Notes: generated from the sequence alone by a model not told the origin. A stretch of DNA of 32,000 nt from Isorropodon fossajaponicum endosymbiont JTNG4 (GCF_016592615.1 NZ_AP013043.1:300001-332000); one strand, 5' to 3'. Numbered from the stretch's first letter, positions 18,882-28,086 are shown. A program made the numbers and translations.

Positions 18882-19394
18882 ATGAACACCAATGAACAGG
18901 GTTTAAAAGAAATACTAGAGCATGAATATGGTTTTGTTGTTGCTATTTTTATAATAGTGATTTCACTTGTAGTAAAGATTGCACATAGTCTTCCTCATAT
19001 TAATGAATTTCTCGAAAGAAGGAACAAGTCCAAAGCTAAGAAAATAGAACAAGCTCTAAAATCACCCAATCTATCAGATGACGTTAAGACGTATTTACAA
19101 GATAAATTAATGAGTGAGTATTTTTACCATACGACTGGTGTATTAGTTGATGCTAACAATATTAAAAAAATTATTGCCATACATCAAGATGTAAAAAATG
19201 ACATTATTGAGGCTGATTTTAGGATCGCTAGAGACTATATTAAATCAAGAATTGATGTAAAGTTGCTAAATACATTTTGGTATTATACAACTACATCGCT
19301 TCTATTTCTCCTTATATTTTTATTTAGCACTATTTTTATGTATGGCTTGCTAAATATTGGCAGTGAGAATTTTCAATCAACTGGTTATTTTTAG
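18882..19394 (+). CDS. Orphan membrane protein, possibly a truncated remnant of a 221-codon gene ending at 19548
   Basis: 170 aa. The ATG directly abuts the nif3 TAA (TAAATG). One N-terminal TM segment, a soluble stretch of about 100 aa, then a C-terminal TM. After the TAG at 19392-19394 the frame continues with a further TM-like segment (LMIIFIGFVTFFGDF). No family recognised. Markedly lower GC than its neighbours. Confidence 0.5.
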   Translation: MNTNEQGLKEILEHEYGFVVAIFIIVISLVVKIAHSLPHINEFLERRNKSKAKKIEQALKSPNLSDDVKTYLQDKLMSEYFYHTTGVLVDANNIKKIIAIHQDVKNDIIEADFRIARDYIKSRIDVKLLNTFWYYTTTSLLFLLIFLFSTIFMYGLLNIGSENFQSTGYF

Positions 19395-19595
19395 TTGATG
19401 ATAATTTTCATTGGTTTTGTAACATTTTTTGGTGATTTTAAAAAAAAGAAACTTGCTTATGCCAGTGTAAAAAAAAATTAAACAATACTTAGATGAGAGC
19501 GAAACAGATGAAACACAGTCCATTTCTGACAAAGAAAACACCGATTAAAACTTAAGTATAATACTATCCTTTTATAACCTTATATTTTTTATACG

Positions 19596-20621
19596 ATGAG
19601 CAAAAAGTTTGATGTTTGTGTAGTTGGTGCAACAGGTGCGGTGGGCGAGACGATTCTTTCTATTTTAGAACAGCGTAACTTTCCAATTAATAATTTATAT
19701 CCTTTAGCGAGTGCTAATTCTGCTGGTAAGAAAGTGTTTTGTCAGGGTAAAAGTTGGACGGTGCAAGATTTAAGCACCTTTGATTTTTCGAAAGTGCAAA
19801 TAGGCATGTTTTCAGCAGGTGACAGTATTTCTGAGAAATATGCACCGATTGCGGCTGAGGCAGGGTGTGTGGTAATTGATAATACGGCACATTTTCGTCG
19901 TGATAAGGATATTCCTTTAGTCGTTCCAGAGATTAATCCACATGCGATTGCGGATTACACCAAGCGTAATATTATTACTAATCCAAACTGTTCCACCATT
20001 CAAATGCTGGTGGCACTGAAGCCAATTTATGATGCGGTGGGGATTAAGCGTATCAATGTGGCGACTTATCAGGCGGTGTCGGGTTCTGGTAAGGAGGCGA
20101 TTAGTGAATTAATCGACCAAACCACTAAATTATTAAGTGGCAATACTGAGGTTAATGTTGAAGTCTATCCAAAGCAGATCGCATTTAATGTCATCCCACA
20201 TATTGATGTTTTTCAAGATAATGGCTATACCAAGGAAGAGATGAAAATGGTGTGGGAGACGCAAAAGATTTTTGAAGATGAAGACATTTTGGTTAATCCA
20301 ACAGCAGTACGCGTGCCTGTTATTTATGGGCATTCTGAAGCGATTAATATCGAAACTGTTAGAAAAATTACTGCAGTTGAAGCCACTAATATTTTGTTAA
20401 AAGCAAATGGCGTTACGGTTATGGATAAACGTGAAGATGGGGGTTATGCTACGCCATTTGTGGAAGCCACTAATCATGATGATACATTTGTAAGCCGTAT
20501 TCGCGAGGATATTTCTTGTGAAAAAGGCTTAAACTTATGGGTGGTTTCTGATAATATTCGCAAAGGTGCAGCGCTTAATACGGTACAAATCGCTGAAATT
20601 CTAATTGAGGAGTATTTATAA
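19596..20621 (+). CDS. asd: Aspartate-semialdehyde dehydrogenase
   Basis: 341 aa. VGATGAVG NAD(P) motif, catalytic NPNCSTIQ, and QAVSGSG. Confidence 0.92.
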   Translation: MSKKFDVCVVGATGAVGETILSILEQRNFPINNLYPLASANSAGKKVFCQGKSWTVQDLSTFDFSKVQIGMFSAGDSISEKYAPIAAEAGCVVIDNTAHFRRDKDIPLVVPEINPHAIADYTKRNIITNPNCSTIQMLVALKPIYDAVGIKRINVATYQAVSGSGKEAISELIDQTTKLLSGNTEVNVEVYPKQIAFNVIPHIDVFQDNGYTKEEMKMVWETQKIFEDEDILVNPTAVRVPVIYGHSEAINIETVRKITAVEATNILLKANGVTVMDKREDGGYATPFVEATNHDDTFVSRIREDISCEKGLNLWVVSDNIRKGAALNTVQIAEILIEEYL

Positions 20622-20624
20622 ATC

Positions 20625-20867
20625 GTGTCATCACAAAAACTACCCACTAAAAGCCTTGTTGTTGCGATTCTTTTGGCCATATTTTTAGGGCCAATCGGCC
20701 TGTTTTATGCGAGTGTTATCGGCGCTTTGATTATGCTAGTCATTACTGCAATTGTTGGTTTTATAACCTTTGGGTTTGGGCTGTTTATCCCTTATATTAG
20801 TGTGATTTTATGGGCGATTATTGCTGTCAATAGTTATAATAAAAAGATAATTGAACTTGCAGAATAA
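20625..20867 (+). CDS. Small membrane protein (2-3 TM, TM2-like)
   Basis: 80 aa, GTG start 3 nt after the asd stop. Hydrophobic stretches [45 protein letters not shown]. Fills the asd-hisB gap exactly. Family uncertain. Confidence 0.55.
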   Translation: MSSQKLPTKSLVVAILLAIFLGPIGLFYASVIGALIMLVITAIVGFITFGFGLFIPYISVILWAIIAVNSYNKKIIELAE

Positions 20868-20869
20868 AT

Positions 20870-21448
20870 ATGATTAAAGTTTCTAGAAAAACCAATGAGA
20901 CTGACATTAGTGTTGAGCTCAATTTATATGGCACTGGTCAAGCAAATATAGATACTGGCGTGCCGTTTTTAGACCACATGCTGGATCAGGTTGCACGGCA
21001 CGGTTTAATGGATTTAACCATTAAATGTGACGGTGATACACAGATTGATGATCATCACAGTGTTGAGGATATTGGCATTACATTGGGTCAAGCCTTTGCT
21101 AAAGCGGTCGGTGATAAAAAAGGTTTTACCCGTTATGGCCATTCTTATGTGCCACTGGATGAGGCGTTATCGTGCGTTGTGCTGGACCTTTCTGGTCGCC
21201 CTAGTTTGGATTTAAATGTGAGTTTCACGCGCGCTATGATTGGCACTTTTGATGTTGATTTGATTTCAGAATTTTTCCAAGGTTTTGTTAATCATGCCTT
21301 AATTACACTGCATATTGATAATCTTAAAGGGGTTAATTCCCATCATCAGGCTGAAACCATCTTTAAAGCATTTGGCAGGGCGTTGCGTATGGCAATAACA
21401 AAGGATGAGCGTCAAGAAGGTGTGCCCTCAACCAAAGGCTCGCTTTAA
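20870..21448 (+). CDS. hisB: Imidazoleglycerol-phosphate dehydratase (monofunctional)
   Basis: 192 aa with the IGPD motifs [22 protein letters not shown] and NSHHQAE. Confidence 0.95.
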   Translation: MIKVSRKTNETDISVELNLYGTGQANIDTGVPFLDHMLDQVARHGLMDLTIKCDGDTQIDDHHSVEDIGITLGQAFAKAVGDKKGFTRYGHSYVPLDEALSCVVLDLSGRPSLDLNVSFTRAMIGTFDVDLISEFFQGFVNHALITLHIDNLKGVNSHHQAETIFKAFGRALRMAITKDERQEGVPSTKGSL

Positions 21449-21454
21449 GCATTC

Positions 21455-22072
21455 GTGCAAAGTATTGCAATTATTGATTATGGTATGGGCAATGTGCGTA
21501 GTGTGCAAAAGGCACTTGCATATGTCGCTCCTAACGATCAAGTATTTTTAACTGATGATGCTGATTTAATTACCAATGTTGATCGCATTGTTTTTCCAGG
21601 TCAGGGTGCAATAGGTGCTTGTATGGCGGCCTTAGTAGAGCATGAATTAATTGATGTAATTAAGCGTTGTGTTGATGAGAAGCCATTTTTAGGCATCTGC
21701 CTAGGTTTGCAACTTTTGTTTGATTTTAGTGCAGAAAATGGTGGCACTGATGGCTTGTCTGTTGTGTCAGGCAATATTGTTAAATTTACTAAGAATAATC
21801 TTAAAGTGCCACACATGGGCTGGAATACAGTCAAACAATTAATAGAACATCCGCTTTGGCATAATATTGATGACAATGCGCGTTTTTATAGTGTGCATAG
21901 TTACTATGTAGAAGCAAGCCATACAAATATGGTTGCTGGGGTGACTAATTATGGGGTTGATTTTACTTGTGCTATTGCTCAAGATAAACTATTTGCAGTG
22001 CAATTTCACCCTGAGAAATCACAACATGATGGCTTGCAATTACTGAGTAATTTTGTTAATTGGCAAGTTTAG
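21455..22072 (+). CDS. hisH: Imidazole glycerol phosphate synthase, glutamine amidotransferase subunit
   Basis: 205 aa. IAIIDYGMGNVRSV, catalytic GICLGLQ and FHPEKS. GTG start. Confidence 0.93.
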   Translation: MQSIAIIDYGMGNVRSVQKALAYVAPNDQVFLTDDADLITNVDRIVFPGQGAIGACMAALVEHELIDVIKRCVDEKPFLGICLGLQLLFDFSAENGGTDGLSVVSGNIVKFTKNNLKVPHMGWNTVKQLIEHPLWHNIDDNARFYSVHSYYVEASHTNMVAGVTNYGVDFTCAIAQDKLFAVQFHPEKSQHDGLQLLSNFVNWQV

Positions 22073-22096
22073 TCATTTTTTGTTAAAGAGTCTACT

Positions 22097-22346
22097 TTAC
22101 TCAACTTTATAGTTGTCTAACTCAATAATAAGCCGAGTTTTTTCATTATGGGCAATGTCAAGCCAACTTCTACCCTCAAGTGCGCCAGTTAGTGCATACA
22201 AAAAGCATAAATGTGGCTCACCTAACTTGACGTAGGTAGCAATTGCACCTATTTCTTGTAAATCTTGCTTACTATAAATGCCTATTTTATTTAATTGCTG
22301 TTCAGTTTTTTTTGCCCAAACCGCGTAACTTTGCTAATTCTCCCAT
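22097..22346 (-). pseudogene. TfoX C-terminal-domain mini-gene, disrupted by +1 in a homopolymer
   Basis: Not in the ORF track. From the ATG at 22344-22346 it reads MGELAKLRGLGKK. After an 8-nt T run on plus (22306-22313) it continues in the next frame as TEQQLNKIGIYSKQDLQEIGAIATYVKLGEPHLCFLYALTGALEGRSWLDIAHNEKTRLIIELDNYKVE, ending at TAA 22097-22099. The length is 250 nt (3n+1). The pattern matches the TfoX_C helix-hairpin-helix domain. Confidence 0.6.
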
Positions 22347-23172
22347 AACAATTCATGACATTTTTGTGGTAACTATAACCAAAAATATTAAGATGATTAA
22401 GGTAATGATACAGCATATACAAGGGTTTTCGCTTGTTAAACCCTTCTTCGAGTGGGAGAATGGCTGCATAACTGTTATAAAAATCATCTGAGAATCCACC
22501 AAACATAAAGGTTAGGGTAAAATCTGCCTCGCAGTGGTCATAATAACTAGCAGGATCGATAAAATAAGGATTGTTTTTTCCGCTCAAAACATTGCCAGAC
22601 CACAAGCCTCCATGTAGCAAGGTTGGGTGATATTAATGTCTAATAAATTGGGTAATAATTTTTCTACGCTTAGTAGTTGCTTGTAGTTTTGTGCATTTAA
22701 ATGACCATTTTGTTTTGGCAAGTTCAATTTGAAACAACAAGCGAAATTCCCAAAAAAATACCGACCAATCGCTGATGTGTTTACCAATCCCATTATATTG
22801 CGGTGTTTGCCCAATATGATTGTCAAATTCAAAGCCAAAATAGTCATGGGTATTTTAATGAAGTCTAGCTAGCTCAACACCCATTTGTGACTGTATATTT
22901 GCATTGTATGCAGTTTCAATCCATTCTAAAATTAAGCAATGTTCACAATGGCCTAATACTTTGGGTGTATGGATCGTTCTACCCAACTTTGAAAGCGCAC
23001 TACCTTCTTATAGTAGTTGTTGACTAGGCACACACACTGGATTGATATTTAATAAAAACGTGACTACCATTATCTAGTGTCACTTTATAAGCATCAAATA
23101 ATCCTGTGCTAATGATTGTTTGTTGATGAGTATTTGACCTAGATGTTTTTCAATATGTGACTCAACAGGCAT
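22291..23172 (-). pseudogene. Fructosamine/ketosamine kinase family gene (YniA-like), inactivated
   Basis: Reading across track fragments 23080..23265, 22584..22847 and 22291..22620 gives MPVESHIEKHLGQ...FDAYKVTLDNGSHVFIKYQ...ILEWIE...FGFEFDNHIGQTPQYN...DWSVFFWEFRL...LLHGGLWSGNVL...FIDPASYYDHCEADF...LYHYLNHLNIFG. In-frame TAA stops lie at 23008-23010, 22855-22857 and 22633-22635. A segment of roughly 70-80 nt (about 23040-23110) is in a shifted frame, implying two compensating indels. Confidence 0.8.
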
Positions 23173-23579
23173 TAGTGTGACTGGTTTTGTAAACAGTGAA
23201 TATAAGATTGATGATCCATCGGCGTGTTGTTTTTTTGCGCAGAAAAAATCATCTGTGTAATACAATCCATCATTTTGTGCTCTGTTTGATGTGGGTCTTT
23301 GGTTTGGGTTAATATTTTTTGATAAATCTTTTTAATGCCAAGTGGCTGGTTAATTGAGAGTTGCTCTCTTAACGATAAATGTAGATAAGGATTGACCTCA
23401 CCTTGCTCTGGAAAATAGTCAGATTCAATATCACTAATCAATTGGTGATACTCAGGGTGTATTTCAATCACCTATGTTAGTTGAGTTTCTAATGGGTCAA
23501 GCATTTGCTTGTTTAAAAACTTTTGCCAAGCATTGGCAAGGAACTGCCGCTATTGTGTTCTATCTTGAGTGTAAAACAC
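23172..23579 (-). pseudogene. DUF1841-family gene with two in-frame TAG stops
   Basis: The C-terminal 99 aa (track ORF 23172..23471) read HPEYHQLI...NPYLHLSLREQLSINQPLGIKKIY...HQTEHKMMDCITQMIF, a DUF1841 pattern. The same frame continues upstream as (V)FYTQDRTQ*RQFLANAWQKFLNKQMLDPLETQLT*VIEIHPEY, with TAG at 23550-23552 and 23472-23474. Its stop overlaps the kinase ATG (TAATG). Confidence 0.7.
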
Positions 23580-23587
23580 TTTAGGAT

Positions 23588-24220
23588 TTATAAGTTTTTC
23601 TCTTCGTATTCACAAAGATCAAGTAAAATACATTCTGTGCATAATGGAGAGCGAGCCTTACAGGTATAACGACCATGTAAAATCATTAAGTGGTGTGCAG
23701 GTACTCGGTATTCATCAGGGATGAATTTGACCAATTTTTTCTCTACTTCTAATACAGTTTTACCACTGGCAATAGCAGTGCGGTTTGCTACACGATAAAT
23801 ATGCGTATCCACCGCAATGGTTGGATGGCCAAAGGCAGTATTAAGCACAACATTGGCAGTTTTGCGACCAACACCAGGTAGTGCTTCTAGTTCTTTACGA
23901 GTTTCTGGTACGCCTGAGCTGTATTTTTCAATCAGAATTTTACAAGCTTGGATAATATGTTTGGCTTTTGAGTTAAATAGGCCAATGGTTCTTATGGTGT
24001 CTCGAAGTGTGTCTTCACCCAATTCAAAAATAGCTTCAGGCGTATTGGCAATTGGAAACAATTTATCAGTAACCTTATTAACGCTTTTATCCGTTGCTTG
24101 TGCAGATAAGGTAACAGCTACCAGTAGTTCAAACGGTGTTGAATAATTTAACTCTGTGGTTGGACTAGGTATCTTTTTAAGCAACCTTCCAAACATTTCT
24201 GTACGTGTTTCAGCGTTCAT
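23588..24220 (-). CDS. nth: Endonuclease III
   Basis: 210 aa. HhH-GPD motif LPGVGRKTANVV, catalytic K/D context, and a C-terminal 4Fe-4S cluster C-x6-C-x2-C-x5-C (CKARSPLCTECILLDLC). Confidence 0.95.
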   Translation of the reverse strand: MNAETRTEMFGRLLKKIPSPTTELNYSTPFELLVAVTLSAQATDKSVNKVTDKLFPIANTPEAIFELGEDTLRDTIRTIGLFNSKAKHIIQACKILIEKYSSGVPETRKELEALPGVGRKTANVVLNTAFGHPTIAVDTHIYRVANRTAIASGKTVLEVEKKLVKFIPDEYRVPAHHLMILHGRYTCKARSPLCTECILLDLCEYEEKNL

Positions 24221-24288
24221 TTTTTCTTTGCTTGTTTTTTCTCAATGCCGAATATTATACGCTAGATTTAAATATAAGGCAAAACAGC

Positions 24289-25704
24289 CTAAAAGAACGA
24301 TTTGCTATAAGTCTCAAGTTGCTGCCATAGTTTTTCTTGATGTGGATGTTGTGCTCTCATTGTATTGATTTTTTGAAGGTAATCATCAATAGTTGTGTAA
24401 CCATTTTCACCCGCTTGAACTCGTCCTTGAACGGTTCCAAACCAATCTTCTTTTTCGTCTTCAGTTAAAGTATCAGGATAATTTCTAGCCTTAAAATGCA
24501 TGAATAATGTTGAGAGCCTACCATCTTTAAATTTTGGATGAAATTCTTTTAACTCATCAACAGATAAGGTTTGGATTTGATTACAAATACGTTTATCAGC
24601 ATTGTCAATAAAGCCATCATAAAGTGACTGGTCTACCTCTTTTGTCGCAATACGTTTTTGATCATTTTTGTATAAATTTTGCACGACTTTACCAATCTTA
24701 ATTTGGTTGTCTTTGATAAAATCAAGATGTTTTATGCATTGATTCATGTCAATATTTAGCTGTTTAATAATTTTTGGTTCAAGTTTATAAATATTGGGAA
24801 CGAACATTGGACTTTTATTAAAAATCAGTTCCTTGATTTGTAGTCTTTCCACTTCTTTTGGTAGTTCAGATTGCTTGGTAAACATTAGGATTTTAAGTGC
24901 TTCAATATCAAGCTCTAGCAAAACACAAGGGTCTTGATCAAGGTTAAACACAAGGGCTCGGTCGTTATACTCAGGATGATAAGCCAACGCAACAGACAAT
25001 CGAGTACAAGACAATTGTGCTGGATACATGTCAGTTGTATGCAACATTGGTTCAAATAGGCTAATTTTAGAGACGACTATTTTCTTTTCTCTTAAGCTAA
25101 AACTGTAGTCGAATAATTGAGGTTGTGTTTGCTTGATAATTTTAGCAATGGCAATAGTAGCACGTACATCAGCTAGTGCATCGTGTGCATTTGCATGCTC
25201 AATGCCATTAGCAAGCGATAATTGATCAAGCTTAAAGACTGGCTTACCTTCTTCATTATGAACCCATTTAAGGCTTGCGTCTTTTTTAAGCGCATAACAC
25301 AGTCGCACAACATCTAATATATCCCAACGAGTATTGCCATTTTGCCAATGCCAAGCATAAGGGTCTATAAAATTACGATACAGCGTGTGACGCGTAAATT
25401 CATCATCAAAGCGAATTGAATTGTAACCCACAACACAGGTATTTAGCGTTGAGAATTGAGCATGAATTTTTTTAATAAATTCATGCTCAATCATGCCTTT
25501 TTGTTCACATAATTGTGGGCTAATACCAGTTATAAAACAAGCCTCGGGCGATGGTAAGCAATCATGAGTTGGCTTGCAATAAAACATTTGCTCATCTAGA
25601 ATATTAAAATTCTCATCAGTCCTGATGCCAGCAAATTGTGAGATTCTATCTATTTTTGGCGAAATGCCAAAAGTTTCATAGTCGTACCAATAAAATGTAT
25701 TCAT
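24289..25704 (-). CDS. sbcB: Exodeoxyribonuclease I
   Basis: 471 aa. DEDDh exonuclease N-terminus FYWYDYETFG...FAGIRTD, GYNSIRFDDEFTR and HDALADV, plus an SH3-like C-terminal region. Confidence 0.93.
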   Translation of the reverse strand: MNTFYWYDYETFGISPKIDRISQFAGIRTDENFNILDEQMFYCKPTHDCLPSPEACFITGISPQLCEQKGMIEHEFIKKIHAQFSTLNTCVVGYNSIRFDDEFTRHTLYRNFIDPYAWHWQNGNTRWDILDVVRLCYALKKDASLKWVHNEEGKPVFKLDQLSLANGIEHANAHDALADVRATIAIAKIIKQTQPQLFDYSFSLREKKIVVSKISLFEPMLHTTDMYPAQLSCTRLSVALAYHPEYNDRALVFNLDQDPCVLLELDIEALKILMFTKQSELPKEVERLQIKELIFNKSPMFVPNIYKLEPKIIKQLNIDMNQCIKHLDFIKDNQIKIGKVVQNLYKNDQKRIATKEVDQSLYDGFIDNADKRICNQIQTLSVDELKEFHPKFKDGRLSTLFMHFKARNYPDTLTEDEKEDWFGTVQGRVQAGENGYTTIDDYLQKINTMRAQHPHQEKLWQQLETYSKSFF

Positions 25705-25894
25705 ATTTTCTTTATCAATTTTTTACCCTAAAGAATAGAGTGTATTGCTATTTTACATTGTGCAGTCTAAAAAGGGTTTGTGTTTCAAGGTAGACCTTTA
25801 AGGTAAATTTTATCTAAATCTTGTTGTTCAAAACAAATAATCAATTCCTGTGTTTTTAATAATGTATTAAATATTGTTTCATATATTTTTTAAA

Positions 25895-26631
25895 GTGGCA
25901 TCCATTATATTTTTATTTTTAATATATTAGCAATATCAATAGCAACATTATTAACAGCTAGATGTAGCACATCTAATATATTAGATACAAATATAAAAAC
26001 AGGTGGCGAGGCTAATAATGCTGTTACTGCTCAAGCCAAAGAATTAAAAAAATGCGCTAAACCTCTTGGCGTTGCAGTACTGGTCGAACCTGAGTCTTCT
26101 AAGAATCCTTATGCTGTTTTAACACAACATAATTTACCTAGCCCCATTCCAATGATAAAACTAATGATGGCAAAAAGTAATTGTTTTCAAGTGGTAGATA
26201 GAGGTGCAGCATCCAAGGCATTAGAAAGGGAAAGAGCACTTGCATCTGCTGGAGAATTGGTCAGTAATAAAAACACAGCATCGGGAAATATGATTAGTGC
26301 TGATTGGATAATCACTCCAAGCATTATTTTTTCAGACAACAATGCAGGTGGCTCAAATCTTGCACTTGGTGGTCTTTTAGCAGGATTTTTAGGACCCATA
26401 GGTGCATTGGCTGGCAATATAAATATTTCTGATAAGGAAGTTCAAACATTATTAACCGCTGTTAATGTCAGAACGGGCTTGCAAGATGCAGTTGCAGAAG
26501 GCAGAGCCAAAAAAACTGATGTAGGCTTTGGTGTAGGTGGCGGTAGTTATGGAAGTACTGATATGGGTAAAATTGTTGTCGCTGCTTTTTTAGATGCGCA
26601 TAACAAACTAGTAGAACAAATGAGTAAGTAA
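25895..26631 (+). pseudogene. CsgG/HfaB-family outer-membrane lipoprotein gene with damaged start and signal peptide
   Basis: Track ORF 26152..26631 (SNCFQVVDRGAASKALERERALASAGEL...AVAEGRAKKTDVGFGVGGG...AAFLDAHNKLV) fits the CsgG-like family. The frame is open back to 25894 and encodes a signal-peptide-like stretch plus KCAKPLGVAVLVEP, but has no start codon. The only candidate start, GTG 25895-25897 (VASIIFLFL), is in another frame. The lipobox reads LTARC rather than L-x-[AG]-C. Confidence 0.55.
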
Positions 26632-26656
26632 CAAATAAATTTTAAAAGGAAAAAAA

Positions 26657-27677
26657 ATGAAAAACAAAACAAAAATATTAACAACAGGGTTATTGGCTTT
26701 AACGCTTGGCGCTTGTGGAAGTGGTTCATCTTCATCGAATGGTGGTTCTGATGTTAATACTGGTGTTTTCCTAGATTCAGCAGTTAAAGGATTGACTTAC
26801 AAAACAAACACTTAAAATGGAATAACTGACGAGAAAGGAAGTTTTAAATACAAAGATGGTGAAACTGTGGAATTTTATCTTGGAGGTATGAAACTAGGTT
26901 CAGCCGTAGGCTTGGGCGCTTTATATCCTGAAGATATTGATTTAAGTTTTACCACTGGAGACCAGAAAGGCATATCAATAGCAAGGGTTTTACAAACTAT
27001 AGATTTTAATAATAATTTAGATGATAGCATTATTGATGTTTCATACATAACAGAGGAAACAATAGAATATGCAAATCAAGGTGGAGCACTTGGTAATACT
27101 AATCCTGATATTGCTTTTCTATATGGTAATACACCGAATTTTTTGCAATTTTTTGCCGAAGATATTTTAGACCACCACAATATTTTAGCAAGGACATTTG
27201 TAAGTGAAACGGATGCAAGAAATCATTTTGCAGGAACGGTTGAAGGTGTTATTGGTGGAGACTTAATTGCTGGAGAGTGGAGGCAATGTGATACAGCGGT
27301 TGGTGGCTTAAGTAGTTATGTTTTGACTTTTAATACTAATTAAAATACTTTTGAATCTACACAAAAATCATTTTTTGATTCAAACAATCTTAATATTTGT
27401 GCAGAATGGTGGTTCTGCAATACCATCTGTTTTAACATATGCAAAAGGAACCTATTCTGTTAAAAACTATAATGTTATTGGAGATGATAAAGTAATAGAG
27501 ATTCAGTTAAACTTTGCAGAATCATTCTTCAATGCAACCTCGAATACATATCACTTTGTAATTAAACTAGATGGTAATTTATTGATACCTAATGATTCTC
27601 AAATAAATGAGATTGCTGAAAACTATCGAATCTCGGGAGTACCTCTAACTTCAAATCTGTGGGTTATAAAGCGATAG
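26657..27677 (+). pseudogene. Lipoprotein gene of unknown function, interrupted by two TAA stops and one frameshift
   Basis: ATG at 26657 preceded by AAAGGA. Signal plus lipobox MKNKTKILTTGLLALTLGAC. In-frame TAA at 26813-26815 (YKTNT*NGITDEKGSFKYKDGETVEFYLGG). The same frame continues as track ORF 26867..27343. A second TAA lies at 27341-27343, and a +1 shift near 27370-27410 leads into track ORF 27351..27677. Confidence 0.65.
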
Positions 27678-27726
27678 TAGGTAAATTTCACTACTCTTAA
27701 CGAAGAAGTTTTTTTTAAAAATTAAA

Positions 27727-27930
27727 TTATTTTGGGTAAACGTTCGCAGCTTGCGGACCTTTTTCACCGTCTTCTAGGTCAAACTCTACCTCTTGACCTT
27801 CTTCTAATGATTTGTAGCCATCGCCTTGAATAGCGCGAAAATGAACAAATACATCGTCACCACTTTCTTGCTCAATAAAACCAAACCCTTTTTTTGCGTC
27901 AAACCATTTGACTTTTCCTGTTGTAGACAT
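27727..27930 (-). CDS. cspA: Cold-shock protein, CspA family
   Basis: 67 aa with RNP1 KGFGFI and RNP2 VFVHF motifs. AGGAG lies 5 nt upstream of the ATG. Confidence 0.95.
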   Translation of the reverse strand: MSTTGKVKWFDAKKGFGFIEQESGDDVFVHFRAIQGDGYKSLEEGQEVEFDLEDGEKGPQAANVYPK

Positions 27931-28086
27931 TGTGTCTCCTATAAGTTAAAAATTACCGAAAAAATAGACTACCTTTATAGAGTACGAAAACCGACAATGA
28001 ATCAATCAACAACATAGATATAAATAGCAACTGTAGCCCAAAACTAATTTTTATAGGGCATATTCTTCACAGTAAGCCTGATTTTA
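27931..28086 (-). promoter_or_regulatory. Putative long cspA 5' leader with a candidate -10 element
   Basis: SD AGGAG at 27936-27940 (minus). TAAAAT on the minus strand at 28081-28086 would give a leader of about 145 nt, comparable to the long regulatory cspA leaders known in enterics. No convincing -35 element. The transcription start is not determinable from sequence. Confidence 0.3.

Noticed and set aside
21027-21215. 62-aa plus-strand ORF inside hisB, with similar internal ORFs at 21601..21876 (-), 16003..16335 (-), 16418..16633 (-), 16882..17103 (-), 18428..18640 (-), 20133..20333 (-) and 20474..20680 (-)
   Set aside because: These are alternative-frame or antisense ORFs within confidently assigned genes. 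None has an independent signal.
1981-27343. Possible stop-codon reassignment or programmed read-through (TAA/TAG as sense), because so many genes carry in-frame TAA/TAG
   Set aside because: Intact housekeeping genes in the same window terminate at TAA (purH, fis, the RND gene, the PCMT-like gene, ppk2) and at TAG (def), at the expected protein lengths. Several of the affected genes also carry frameshifts, lost starts or deletions. Ordinary pseudogenisation explains the data.
27691-27718. Possible terminator hairpin (TCTT-AACG-AAGA followed by a T8 run) between the lipoprotein remnant and cspA
   Set aside because: The stem is only 4 AT-rich base pairs, too weak to call an intrinsic terminator with any confidence.
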